The translations under genes were made by a program, and so were the position numbers. DNA of 64,000 nucleotides. Source: Octopus sinensis (taxonomy: Eukaryota). The notes under the pieces were generated by a model. The model saw nothing but the letters and a program-made list of their open reading frames with translations, was not told the DNA's origin and made no database searches. Positions 50,325-58,895 of this stretch are shown piece by piece; the first letter of the stretch is position 1, and each line of letters opens with the position of its first letter. The DNA is taken from positions 5,828,001 to 5,892,000 of the forward strand of contig NC_043025.1 of the NCBI RefSeq assembly GCF_006345805.1. The letters are read 5' to 3'.

Positions 50325-53300
50325 CCAATGAGGGAGACCTCTACATGGTAGCTAGACCTGGTAGAAATAGCAGCCAAATCTCCTTTAAATCACACACTAC
50401 TGTTTTATTTATATATGTATGTATGAGCCAATGAGGGAGACCTCTACATAGGAGCTAGACATGGTAGAAATAACACCCAAATCTCCTTTAAATCCCACCC
50501 TCCTGTCTTATGTATGTATGAGCCAATGAGAGAGAACTGTACATGGTAAGTAGACCTGGTAGAAATAGCAGCCAAATCTCCTTTAAATCACACACTACTG
50601 TTTTATTTATATATGTATGTATGAGCCAATGAGGGAGACCTCTACCTGGTAGCTAGACCTGGTAGAAATAGCAGCCAAATCTCCTTTAAATCACACACTA
50701 CTGTTTTATTTATATATGTATGTATGAGCCAATGAGGGAGACCTCTACCTGGTAGCTAGACCTGGTAGAAATAGCAGCCAAATCTCCCTCAAATCACACC
50801 CTACAGTCTTATGTATGTATCCATGTATGTATGAGTCAATGAGGGAGACCTCTACATAGGAGCTAGACCTGGTAGAAATAGCAACCAAATCTCCCTCAAA
50901 TCACACACTACTGTCTTATGTATATATGTATGTATGAGCCAATGAGGGAGACCTCTACATAGGAGCTAGACCTGGTAGAAATAGCAACCAAATCTCCCTC
51001 AAATCACACACTACTGTCTTATGTATATATGTATGTATGAGCCAATGAGGGAGACCTCTACATAGGAGCTAGACCTGGTAGAAATAGCAACCAAATCTCC
51101 CTCAAATCACACACTACTGTCTTATGTATATATGTATGTATGAGCCAATGAGGGAGACCTCTACATAGGAGCTAGACCTGGTAGAAATAGCAACCAAATC
51201 TCCCTCAAATCCCACCCTCCTGTCTTATGTATGTATGAGCCAATGAGAGAGAACTGTACATGGTAAGTAGACTTGGTAGAAATAGCAGCCAAATCTCCTT
51301 TAAATCACACACTACTGTCTTACGTATATATGTATGTATGAGCCAATGAGGGAGACCTCTACAAGGTAGCTAGGCCTGGTAGAAATAGCAACCAAATCTC
51401 CCTCAAATCACACACTACTGTCTTATGTATATATGTATGTATGAGCCAATGAGGGAGACCTCTACATAGGAGCTAGGCCTGGTAGAAATAGCAACCAAAT
51501 CTCCCTCAAATCACACACTACAGTCTTATGTATGTATCCATGTATGTATGAGCCAATGAGGGAGACCTCTACATGGGAGCTAGACGTGGTAGAAATAACA
51601 GCCAAATCTCCCTTAAATCCCACCCTCCTGTCTTATGTATGTATGAGCCAATGAGAGAGAACTGTACATGGTAAGTAGACTTGGTAGAAATAGCAGCCAA
51701 ATCTCCTTTAAATCACACACTACTGTCTTACGTATATATGTATGTATGAGCCAATGAGGGAGACCTCTACAAGGTAGCTAGGCCTGGTAGAAATAGCAAC
51801 CAAATCTCCCTTAAATCCCACCCTCCTGTCTTATGTATGTATGAGCCAATGAGAGAGAACTGTACATGGTAAGTAGACTTGGTAGAAATAGCAGCCAAAT
51901 CTCCTTTAAATCACACACTACTGTCTTACGTATATATGTATGTATGAGCCAATGAGGGAGACCTCTACAAGGTAGTTAGACCTGGTAGAAATAGCAACCA
52001 AATCTCCCTCAAATCACACACTACTGTCTTATATATGTATGTATGTGTGAGCCAATGAGGGAGACCTCTACATAGGAGCTAGACCTGGTAGAAATAGCAA
52101 CCAAATCTCCCTCAAATCACACACTACTGTCTTATGTATGTATGAGCCAATGAGGGAGACCTCTACATGGTAGCTAGGCCTGGTAGAAATAGCAACCAAA
52201 TCTCCCTCAAATCACACACTACTGTCTTATGTATATATGTATGTATGAGCCAATGAGGGAGACCTCTACATAGGAGCTAGACCTGGTAGAAATAGCAACC
52301 AAATCTCCCTCAAATCACACACTACTGTCTTATGTATATATGTATGTATGAGCCATGAGGGAGACCTCTACATGTAGCTAGACCTGGTAGAAATAGCAAC
52401 CAAATCTCCCTCAAATCACACACTACTGTCTTATGTATATATGTATGTATGAGCCAATGAGGGAGACCTCTACATGGTAGCTAGACCTGGTAGAAATAGC
52501 AACCAAATCTCCCTCAAATCACACACTACTGTCTTATGTATATATGTATGTATGAGCCAATGAGGGAGACCTCTACATAGGAGCTAGACCTGGTAGAAAT
52601 AGCAACCAAATCTCCCTCAAATCACACACTACTGTCTTATGTATGTATGTATGTATGTATGTATAGGCGCAGGAGTGGCTGTGTGGTAAGTAGCTTGCTA
52701 ACCAACCACATGGCTCCGGGTTCAGTCCCACTGCGTGGCATCTTGGGCAAGTGTCTTCTGCTATAGCCCCGGGCCTACCAATGCCTTGTGAGTGGATTTG
52801 GTAGACGGAAACTGAAAGAAGCCTGTCGTATATATGTATATATATATATGTGTGTGTGTATGTGTGTGTGTTTGTGTGTTTGTCCCCCTAGCATTGCTTG
52901 ACAACCAATGCTGGTGTGTTTACGTCCCCGTCACTTAGCGGTTCGGCAAAAGAGACCGATAGAATAAGTACTGGGCTTACAAAGAATAAGTCCCGGGGTC
53001 GATTTGCCTCGACTAAAGGCGGTGCTCCAGCATGGCCGCAGTCAAATGACTGAAACAAGGAAAAGATAAAGTATGTGTGAGCCAATGAGAGAAACATGAA
53101 AGCACATCCTGCGCCTAAGAGAATAAGCTTCAGGCCATAGTGAAAGACACTTGACCATAGCAGTACAAGATGGGATTGAACACGTACAGCTACGCATGAG
53201 AACCAAACATCATCTTAACCACTCAGCCATGTCCATACACCTGTGCACCCCACCACCCAAACTCAAACAGGTGTCTTACTAGAAGGACATTTTCTTAGGT

Positions 53301-53629
53301 GACATTAGAGTAAGAGCGGCAGGTGGGAAGGAGGTATATAGTGATGAAAATGTAGGGGTGGCATATAAGGGATTTGCTGGGAACTAGCAGTCCCACATAT
53401 GTCGGTACCCCTATCAATACCCTTGTAATTTGTTCGATGTCTACCCAACTGTGTCTTTTCACCTACATACCTGACATAGTTCCCAGTCAACAGGGAAAAA
53501 CATACGCACATATGCACATATATATACATATATACACATAGGTAAATAGATATCTATATCTATAACTAACTATTTATCTCTCTATCATCTATATATATAT
53601 ATCTGCATATACACATAAACATGCATATA

Positions 53630-53663
<34 letters not shown>

Positions 53664-53739
53664 CATACATGCATATACATACACACATTTATGTATATAT
53701 ACATACATGCATGTATATATACATGCATGTATGTATATG

Positions 53740-53817
<78 letters not shown>

Positions 53818-54970
53818 CTATAAAATGAAGAAGGCGAACATTGATATAAATTGGATTTTTATGTAAAAAGGGGTCTAAATGGGGTTGGAAGGGGATTAAT
53901 ATTTAAAGGAGGGGGTAACTTGAGGTGAGAAATTGATTGGGAGACGTTTTGGGGTGCTACAGTGGTTGCTTTGCTGTGAAAACGGGGATTTTATTGATAT
54001 TTGCGTATGTATGTGTATATGTGTGTATATATTTGTGTGTCTGTGTTTGTCCCCTTCCACCATCGCTTGACAACCGCTTGATGGTGTGTCACCAAACCGA
54101 CACCCATGTATACCATGCCTCCCCTCTCCATACCACCGATGTTATCCAAGGGAAAGGCAAAGGGGCCAATACAGCTTGGCACCAGTGATGTTACAACTCA
54201 TTTCTACAGATGAGTTAACAGGAGCAATGTGAAATAAAGTGTCTTGTTCAAGAACACAACACACAGCCTGGTCCAGGAATCGAACTCACAACCTCATGAT
54301 AGTGAGCCCAACACTCTAACCACTGAGCTAGGCACCATCTCATATATACATATATAGACACATATATACATATATATGATATAAAGAGTAAAGATCCCCC
54401 TTTGGTCACGGATGACCACGGGATTACACCTAGAAAGTTACCCTCTGAGGCACAAGTCTGGGCAAGATTGTTTTATGGAAGACCAGCAGTCACCCATGGG
54501 CACTAGCCTCCCCCTCTTCATGCCACTGATGTTATCCAAGGGAAAGGCAAAGGGGCTGATACAGCTTGGCACCAGTGACATTACAACTCATTTCTACAGC
54601 TGAGTTAACTGGAGCAACTTGAAATAAAGTGTCTTGCTCAAGAACATAACACATAGCTCAGTCCGGGACTTGAACTCACTACCTTATGATTGTCAGCCCA
54701 ATACTCTAACCACTGAGCCAAAAATATCAACGATGAATAAACACTAGAGAGTAAAACGTTAGCTGACAACATCACCATGAAAAAGATCATTGTTTTTAAA
54801 GAGCAGGCGCAGGAGTGGCTGTGTGGTAAATAGCTTGTTTACCAACCACATGGTTCTGGGTTCAGTCCCACTGCATGGCACCTTGGGCGAGTGTCATCTA
54901 CTATAGCCTCGGGCCGACCAAAGCCTTGTGAGTGGATTTGGTAGACGGAAACTGAAAGAAGCCCGTCATA

Positions 54971-55016
<46 letters not shown>

Positions 55017-55804
55017 CGTGTCTGTGTTTTTTCCCCGTAGCATTGCTTGACAACCGATGCTGGTGTGTTTATGTCCCCCGTTACTTAGCGGTTCGGCAAA
55101 AGAGACCGATAGAATAAGTACTGGGCTTACAAAAGAATAAGTCCCGGGTTCGAGTTGCTCGATTAGAGGCGGTGCCCCAGCATGGCCGCAGTCAAATGAC
55201 TGAAACAAGTAAAAGAGTAAAAGAGCATAGAGTGATACAAGGGTAGATTTAGCTGCTATCTCATGCATGGCATTGGCTGATGTGTCTAACTGTCTTCTTG
55301 TCTAGGTCATCTGTCTGTGTGTCACCAAACCTACACATCACATACATTGCGAGATGCTGATAAGCAATTTTGATGTAAACAGAACAAGTTTCCTTTAAAA
55401 TGATGGCAAGGCAGGGGTGGGGGTGATGGGAGTGGGGGGTGTGGGGGTAGGGGTAGGGGTAGGGTGGCAGCTTCCTTTCTTTCTCCCCACACCTCCACCT
55501 TGCCCCTCTGCTGAAACATCCCCCCCCTCCGCCATCAGATCTCTGCAAAGAACTGACCTCACCCTGCCACTTTAAACACACACACACACACAGAGCCACA
55601 CACATACACAGACACACACATACACACACACAAACACATGCATACACACACACACACACACACTCACGCACACAGCCACACACATACACAGACACAAACG
55701 CACACACATGCATACACGGACACACACACATGCACACACACACACACACACACACAGAGTCACACACACACTCACGCTCACAGCCACACACATACACAGA
55801 TACA

Positions 55805-55850
<46 letters not shown>

Positions 55851-56008
55851 CACACACACACACACACACAGACACAAACGCACACAAACATACACAAACA
55901 TATGCATACACAGACACACACACACACACAGAGTCGCACAGCTGTTGTTGTCAATGGTAACGAACCTGCCACACCCACCAGCAGCAACAGCAACAGAGGC
56001 AGCAGCAT
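2594..56008 (-). CDS. Ppn: Papilin-like (lacunin/MIG-6 family) extracellular matrix protein; 17 coding exons in window, 3' end beyond left edge
   Basis: Manual spliced model with consistent phases across 16 introns (3136 coding nt). Architecture of signal peptide, TSP1, ADAMTS Cys-rich/spacer without a metalloprotease domain, more TSP1, YGCCPD repeats and tandem Kunitz domains is the papilin-family layout. Symbol is by family resemblance, not proven orthology. Confidence 0.88.
3103..4797. repeat. Seven head-to-tail copies (about 243 bp) of a piggyBac-like MITE
   Basis: Units run TTAACCC...GGGTTAA with about 17-bp inverted ends (ttaaccctttcattacc / ggtaacaaaagggttaa), joined by a constant agtcaccatgatattt spacer. 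Confidence 0.75.
5225..6417. repeat. AT-rich satellite, 24-bp monomer with a 95-bp four-monomer higher-order unit in the left part
   Basis: cagttaattaaattggtttgttgt repeats; ttaaattggtttactgtt recurs at 5401, 5496 and 5591. Confidence 0.9.
6532..6613 (-). pseudogene. Orphan 3' half of a type-C-like Kunitz exon (linker [27 protein letters not shown] plus GTTAGT donor)
   Basis: Homologous to 7856-7933 and shares the start of the C intron (gttagtattg); its 5' part is replaced directly by a SINE fragment. Confidence 0.75.
6886..7140 (-). CDS. Ppn: Exon 16: Kunitz type B', identical copy of exon 14
   Basis: No difference seen by eye from 10868-11122 (offset 3982); splice sites intact. Confidence 0.8.
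7720..7805 (-). pseudogene. Orphan 3' half of a type-A Kunitz exon (linker [28 protein letters not shown] plus donor)
   Basis: Homologous to 12742-12794 and followed by the same downstream intron sequence; no Kunitz part or native acceptor; lies 50 nt after the exon 15 donor. Confidence 0.8.
7856..8101 (-). CDS. Ppn: Exon 15: Kunitz type C + linker, [12 protein letters not shown]...[34 protein letters not shown]
   Basis: tttccag| acceptor, G|GTTAGT donor; 246 nt, phase 1-1; 4 substitutions from exon B within the Kunitz core. Confidence 0.88.
8228..9850 (+). mobile_element. Degenerate Chapaev3-like (CMC) DNA transposon, 5' part, interrupted by an RTE fragment
   Basis: Frameshifted remnants of [50 protein letters not shown] and [14 protein letters not shown]; family assigned from recalled motifs. 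Confidence 0.65.
9862..10272 (-). mobile_element. tRNA-derived SINE family 1 (CORE-like ccttgggcaagtgtc segment, internal TA/TG microsatellite), representative full copy
   Basis: A-box-like tggctgtgtggt and B-box-like ggttcagtccc. About 20 further copies, e.g. 7310-7640, 10395-10800, 18050-18440, 24925-25318, 31283-31682, 34110-35230, 43360-43742, 49380-49790, 52664-53068, 54805-55222, 59215-59705. Confidence 0.85.
10868..11122 (-). CDS. Ppn: Exon 14: Kunitz type B + linker, [28 protein letters not shown]...TRPRVIAEN
   Basis: tttccag| acceptor, G|GTGAGC donor; 255 nt, phase 1-1. Confidence 0.92.
11520..12662 (-). repeat. Six tandem SINE-1 5' halves (about 190 bp each) separated by (TA)n
   Basis: The block acgacaggcttctttcag...ccacacagccactc repeats six times. 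Confidence 0.9.
12742..12969 (-). CDS. Ppn: Exon 13: Kunitz type A + linker, [53 protein letters not shown]...[12 protein letters not shown]
   Basis: Six Kunitz cysteines and FxYGGCxGNxNRF; ttttgcag| acceptor, G|GTGAGA donor; 228 nt, phase 1-1. Frame absent from the ORF track. Confidence 0.92.
13425..14062 (-). mobile_element. Two tandem copies of tRNA-derived SINE family 2 (head gtggaggcgcaatggcccagtggttagggcagcg)
   Basis: A/B-box-like head and conserved body. Other copies at 17375-17690, 24185-24565, 26791-27403, 47235-47550; variants at 32415-33020. Confidence 0.8.
14155..14476. repeat. Long inverted repeat, about 106-bp arms and 110-bp spacer
   Basis: 14155-14260 is the reverse complement of 14371-14476 with roughly 10% mismatches. 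Confidence 0.9.
14607..14871 (-). CDS. Ppn: Exon 12: three Cys-rich repeats CxxxxYGCCPDxxxxAxGPxxAGC (papilin/lacunin-type)
   Basis: Manual translation [26 protein letters not shown] / [25 protein letters not shown] / [24 protein letters not shown]; tgtag| acceptor, G|GTAACA donor; 265 nt, phase 0-1. This frame is absent from the ORF track. Confidence 0.92.
14950..15575. repeat. Compound (GATA/GACA/GGTA)n microsatellite
   Basis: Directly visible. Confidence 0.95.
16263..16550 (+). mobile_element. Non-autonomous Helitron (288 bp)
   Basis: 5' TC, subterminal hairpin CCCG-A-GC-AAC-GC-CGGG (16523-16538), 3' CTAG, inserted between A and T; a second, 3'-truncated copy starts at 46335. Confidence 0.8.
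16665..16866 (-). CDS. Ppn: Exon 11: TSP1 #3, [17 protein letters not shown]...[13 protein letters not shown]
   Basis: gttcag| acceptor, GAG|GTTTGT donor; 202 nt, phase 2-0. Confidence 0.88.
16900..17160. repeat. (CAT/CAC)n microsatellite
   Basis: Directly visible. Confidence 0.95.
18740..19460. repeat. (GGT)n-rich low-complexity tract with a duplicated flank (about 545-bp period)
   Basis: gatggtgggagggatgctaggaatg...gatggtcac occurs at about 18760 and 19285. Confidence 0.85.
19511..19634 (-). CDS. Ppn: Exon 10: TSP1 #2 C-half, [41 protein letters not shown]
   Basis: ttgcag| acceptor, AT|GTAAGT donor; 124 nt, phase 1-2, exactly bridging exons 9 and 11. Confidence 0.9.
19655..20700. mobile_element. 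About 2.5 tandem copies of a non-autonomous interspersed element filling intron 9, the third interrupted by a SINE-1 fragment
   Basis: gagatgat...aaaatgagaatatctgaaataaactcg recurs at about 19660, 20070 and 20445; superfamily not determined. Confidence 0.6.
20715..21228 (-). CDS. Ppn: Exon 9: spacer end (IEYEY), acidic low-complexity insert, start of TSP1 #2 ([18 protein letters not shown])
   Basis: taccag| acceptor, G|GTAAGG donor; 514 nt open, phase 0-1; within ORF 20656..21534. Confidence 0.9.
21250..21781. repeat. (AAT/GAT)n microsatellite abutting the exon 9 acceptor
   Basis: Directly visible. Confidence 0.95.
21870..23330. mobile_element. Interspersed element with an internal 139-bp segment amplified about 7 times, ending in (AAT)n
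   Basis: The array at about 21880-22850 runs into non-repetitive element sequence and then an (AAT)n tract; class unknown. Confidence 0.55.
23979..24139 (-). CDS. Ppn: Exon 8: ADAMTS spacer, [16 protein letters not shown]...GTTFYY...[12 protein letters not shown]
   Basis: ttttacag| acceptor, GTG|GTAAGT donor; 161 nt, phase 1-0; LNGxW...GTxFxY...GP motif. Confidence 0.92.
24871..27568 (-). mobile_element. Internally deleted mariner element with TIRs and three nested SINE insertions
   Basis: TIRs tatgaggggaagtaaaaaattatccacac and the reverse complement tacgaggggaaatcaaaaattatctgcac, each ending in TA. Transposase N-terminus [27 protein letters not shown]...HRNVY (ATG 26777) continues after the SINE array as [13 protein letters not shown]...[19 protein letters not shown]. 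Confidence 0.85.
25630..26626 (-). repeat. Five tandem bodies (about 183 bp) of SINE family 3 behind one head, inside the mariner
   Basis: tatttctttactacccacaaggggctaaa... repeats; flanked by a target duplication actcatacacatttc(c)ta. A similar five-unit array lies at 36120-37075; other copies at 42320-42845, 45715-45945, 48165-48590. Confidence 0.85.
27862..28980 (+). repeat. Six tandem SINE-1 5' halves separated by (TA)n
   Basis: Heads near 27862, 28047, 28223, 28411, 28623 and 28811. Confidence 0.9.
28999..29036 (+). ncRNA. Minimal type I hammerhead ribozyme-like motif (A6 to U) in a probable Penelope-like terminal-repeat fragment
   Basis: UCUUU-CUGUCGA-A-GAGC-GUAG-GCUC-GAAA-CG-UA-AAAGA: stems I and II pair; one core substitution. 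Confidence 0.6.
30446..30526 (-). CDS. Ppn: Exon 7: ADAMTS spacer start, [27 protein letters not shown]
   Basis: ttttttag| acceptor, G|GTAAG donor; 81 nt, phase 1-1; GYxxxxxIPxGATNI motif. Not in the ORF track. Confidence 0.92.
31700..32410 (-). mobile_element. Degenerate RTE-clade LINE 3' end
   Basis: [40 protein letters not shown] and terminal CPTCGR...ISHSWTH zinc-finger remnants across broken frames. Confidence 0.75.
33020..34000 (-). mobile_element. Probable non-LTR retrotransposon 3' end with the terminal about 245 bp triplicated, (AAC)n tails
   Basis: Three near-identical units at 33020-33700; to the right a putative ORF end [36 protein letters not shown]; clade uncertain. Confidence 0.5.
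35352..35680 (+). mobile_element. Mariner 3' fragment with right TIR
   Basis: [28 protein letters not shown]...RWEKCV with frameshifts; ends ttattgaacgcccctcgTA. Confidence 0.85.
35839..35962 (-). CDS. Ppn: Exon 6: [41 protein letters not shown]
   Basis: tttttcag| acceptor, G|GTCAGT donor; 124 nt, phase 0-1; VGCDxxLGS...DxCxxCGG motif. Confidence 0.92.
37250..37753 (+). mobile_element. CR1-clade LINE 3' end with (TTAAC)n tail
   Basis: [38 protein letters not shown]...GDLI...RGHSGKL...WNKLP...FKVSLD. Confidence 0.85.
38203..38336 (-). CDS. Ppn: Exon 5: ADAMTS Cys-rich, [14 protein letters not shown]...[21 protein letters not shown]
   Basis: tttatag| acceptor, AAG|GTAAGA donor; 134 nt, phase 1-0; VVDGTxC...CVxGxC motif. 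Confidence 0.92.
38553..40266. repeat. 14-bp minisatellite (cagcgaactgctca)n, about 120 units
   Basis: Directly visible, with recurring variant blocks. Confidence 0.95.
40798..40897 (-). CDS. Ppn: Exon 4: ADAMTS Cys-rich, [33 protein letters not shown]
   Basis: ttttcag| acceptor, G|GTGAGT donor; 100 nt, phase 0-1; DFRxxQC...YEW motif. Confidence 0.92.
41150..41745. repeat. Degenerate 18-bp purine-rich minisatellite (ggaattgtgggatagaag-like)
   Basis: 6-residue periodicity in overlapping ORF translations on both strands. Confidence 0.85.
42098..42149 (-). CDS. Ppn: Exon 3: end of TSP1, (S)[17 protein letters not shown]
   Basis: ttctatcag| acceptor, CAG|GTGAGT donor; 52 nt, phase 2-0; CxG...YxSCNTQ motif. 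Confidence 0.9.
44105..45056. repeat. Four near-perfect tandem copies of a 238-bp unit
   Basis: Units start at 44105, 44343, 44581 and 44819; two differences seen, both in the last copy. Confidence 0.95.
45997..46115 (-). CDS. Ppn: Exon 2: first TSP1, [39 protein letters not shown]
   Basis: WxxW and CSRTCGGG motifs; donor AG|GTGAGT; acceptor is the first AG after a long AG-free stretch (5' boundary less certain); 119 nt, phase 0-2. Confidence 0.85.
47673..47826. repeat. 154-bp spacerless palindrome
   Basis: Centre aaat|attt at 47749/47750; 47699-47800 is a perfect palindrome. Confidence 0.95.
49045..49079 (-). ncRNA. Minimal type I hammerhead-like motif (U4 to C, A15.1 to U), first of a tandem pair
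   Basis: Minus strand GUUU-CCGACGA-A-GAGC-UUC-GCUC-GAAU-CG-UU-AAAC. Confidence 0.55.
49275..49309 (-). ncRNA. Minimal type I hammerhead-like motif (intact CUGAUGA/GAAA core, N17 = G), second of the pair
   Basis: Minus strand AUUU-CUGAUGA-A-GAGC-UCC-GCUC-GAAA-CG-UG-AAAU. Confidence 0.65.
50130..52665. repeat. About 103-bp (95-bp variant) satellite, about 24 copies, each with agccaatga
   Basis: gagccaatga recurs at 50936, 51039 and 51142; the last unit is split by a SINE-1 and resumes at about 53071. Confidence 0.92.
54095..54720 (-). mobile_element. Two tandem copies of another tRNA-headed SINE family
   Basis: Reverse complement reads tggctcagtggttagag...gagttc(g/a)a(t/g)tcc...cttga(g/a)caagacact; related fragments at 42950-43100 and decayed tandem heads at about 63560-63950. 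Confidence 0.7.
55940..56008 (-). CDS. Ppn: Papilin-like coding exon 1: signal peptide [23 protein letters not shown]
   Basis: GCC-ATG with an in-frame TAA 5 codons upstream, and a hydrophobic Leu run ending in VAG|S. The phase-0 donor GCT|GTGCGA fits the next exon but is weak; an alternative CAG|GTTCGT at 55966 is phase 1 and would need an unseen exon. Confidence 0.6.
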
Positions 56009-56351
56009 GGCTTTGACATCTTATTTTTGAATGTTTGGTGGTTGGAAAGGTGGTGGTGGTAGTGGTGGTGGTGGCAGTGGTGGCATTGGAGGTGACGGCG
56101 GTGATGATGGTAGTAGCAGTAGTAGTGGTGGTAGTGATATGATGATGATGATGATGATGATGCTGGTGATGCTGGTAATATCGGGGTGGGGGTGGGGTGT
56201 ACAGTGGATGACAGTTGTAGTGATGGTAGTAGTAGCCCCGGTCGTGGTAGGTGTTTGTGTGATGGTACCGATGGTTGTGAGGATGATGTACCAACCTGAT
56301 TTACTTTCAAACGCCTACAGCAAGACGTGTCAAGGAGTTACTTTATCGGCT

Positions 56352-56409
<58 letters not shown>

Positions 56410-56528
56410 AACTTTATATCTATATCTTCTATTCATATACGCACATAAAGATATATGATCATATATGTCAACATTGCCCTCCTTTCTCTCTCTCTCTCTC
56501 TCTCTCTCATATACATACACACACACAC

Positions 56529-56575
<47 letters not shown>

Positions 56576-57251
56576 CATACATCCATCCATCCATCCATAA
56601 ATACATACATACATACATACATACATATATTTGTACATATATATTTATGTATGTATGCTGGAAAAAACAAATGTTATGTAATGAACTTCAATAGCTTATA
56701 GCCGTTTCTGCTATAAGATGTGGTGGACTCCTATAGCTTCATCAGAGCCTTGAATATGAAGTGCACTATACAAACAAACATATATGACAAGCTTCTTTCT
56801 GTTTCTATCTACTAAATCCACTCACAAGGCTTTGGGGCCATAGTAGAGGGCACTTTCACAAGGTGTTACACAGTGGGACTGAACCTGGAACCATGTAGCC
56901 GAGAAACAAACTACTTACCACACAGCCACACTTGTTCCTATATACATATACATATCTTGTATAAGTAGAACTAACTACAAAAATTTCATACACACACACA
57001 CACATACACATGCATTTGTATACACTCACATGTCTCTTTTACTTGTTTCAGTCATTTGACTGCGGCCATGCTGGAGCACCGCCTTTAATCGAGCAACTCG
57101 ACCCCGGGACTTATTCTTTTGTAAGCCCAGTACTTATTCTATTGGTCTCTTTTTGCCAAACTGCTAAGTGACGGCAACGTAAACACACCAGCATCGGTTG
57201 TCAAGCAATGCTAGGGGGACAAACACAGACACACAAACATACATGCACACA

Positions 57252-57286
<35 letters not shown>

Positions 57287-58046
57287 GTAAACAAAGTCAA
57301 ATGCGATACAATAAAATTAATTATTATCGCCGGTGTTCTAGCACACGCCATATATTATTCATATATAAGTACATTAAAAGGCGAAGTGTGTACTAGATAC
57401 ACAAAAGCTAGATACACAAAAGTATATATACATATATACAACAGGCTTCTTTCAGTTTCCGTCTACCAAATCCACTAACAAGGCTTTGGTCGGCCCAAGG
57501 CTATAGTAGAAGACACTTGCCCAAGGTGCCATGCAGTGGGACTGAACCCGGAACCATGTGGTTGGTAAGCAAGCTACTTACCACACAGCCACTCCTGCGC
57601 CTATGTATGTACATACTCAGACAGACTTTGAAGTGTGGAGATAGAATTAAGTGCATAGATGCTGGTAATGTCTACATCAATGGAGATGATATTCTTCCAG
57701 AATACCAGTCAACCATGGCTAAAAATTGCCATAAAATAACAACACACCTGGACAGCAACCCTGAAGCAACATCTCCAGCCGAGAAACACACCCAGGTACT
57801 ATCTCAAACCAGGGTGTAATTGCTAAAATAAAAACATTGTTAGGGCCGCTAATTAATCTGAGGAAGGACATTGGAAAAAATGGGAGCCAATACTGATCTC
57901 CCTCTGTCTCTTGTTTCTCTTAAGAAATATCTGAAAATCTTTGTTTAACCATTTTGATACCAACTTGCCAGACACCTCCTTGGTTCTATGACAGAATCTC
58001 CATCTTTTAAAATGATTTAAATTAAAATCTTTCATAGAAGCTTTGT

Positions 58047-58895
58047 CATCATCATCATCATCGTTTAGCGTCCGCTTTCCATGTTAGCATGGGTTGGACG
58101 GTTCAACTGGGGTCTGGGAAGCCAGGAGGCTGCACCAGGCCCAGTCTGATCTGGCAGTGTTTCTACGGCTGGATGCCCTTCCTAACGCCAACTACTCCGT
58201 GAGTGTAGTGGGTGCTTTTTACGTGCCAGACTGGGCTGGCAAATGGCCACGATCGGATGGTGCTTTTTATGTGCCACCGGAATGGGGACCAGACGAAGCT
58301 GGCAATGGCCACGGTCGGATGGTGCTTTTTACGTGCCAGCGGCACGGAGGCCAGTCGGACGGTGCTGGCTACGGCCACATTCGGATGGTTCTCTTACGTG
58401 CCACCGGCACTGGTATCACAGCTACAAATTCCATTGATGTTGATCGATTTCGATTCTGATCCTCACTTGCCTCAACAGGTCTTCACAAGTGGAGTTTTGT
58501 GTCCCAAGAAGGAAAGGAATGCATAAGTGAGCTGGCTACATCCCAGGTGTAGGCCACGGGAGTATGGCCTCACTTGTGCTGCCGGGTCTTCTCACGCACA
58601 GCATACTTCCATAGGTCTCGGTCTCTAGTCATTTCCTTGGTGAAACCTAAAGTGCGAAGGTCGTGCTTCACCACCTCGTCCCAGGTTTTCCTGGGTCTAC
58701 CTCTTCCACAGGTTCCCACAACCATTAGGGTGTGGCACTTTTTCACACAACTATCTTCATCCATTCTCGCCACATGACCATACCAGCGCAAACGTCTCTC
58801 TTGCACACCACAACTGATGCTTCTTAGGTCCAACTTTTCTCTCAAGGTACTTACACTCTGTCGAGTATGAACACTGACATTACACATCTATCGGA
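58047..58895 (-). mobile_element. 5'-truncated RTE-clade LINE (ORF C-terminus, 3' UTR, (GAT)n tail)
   Basis: VQERRLRWYGHVARMDEDSCVKK...GRGRPRKTWDEVVKHDL...DRDLWK, followed by the recurrent 3' UTR. Confidence 0.88.

Noticed and set aside
55951-56019. [15 protein letters not shown] as a toxin-like Cys-rich peptide gene
   Set aside because: The cysteines are the shifted reading of the CTG/TTG leucine codons of the signal peptide; kept only as a possible uORF.
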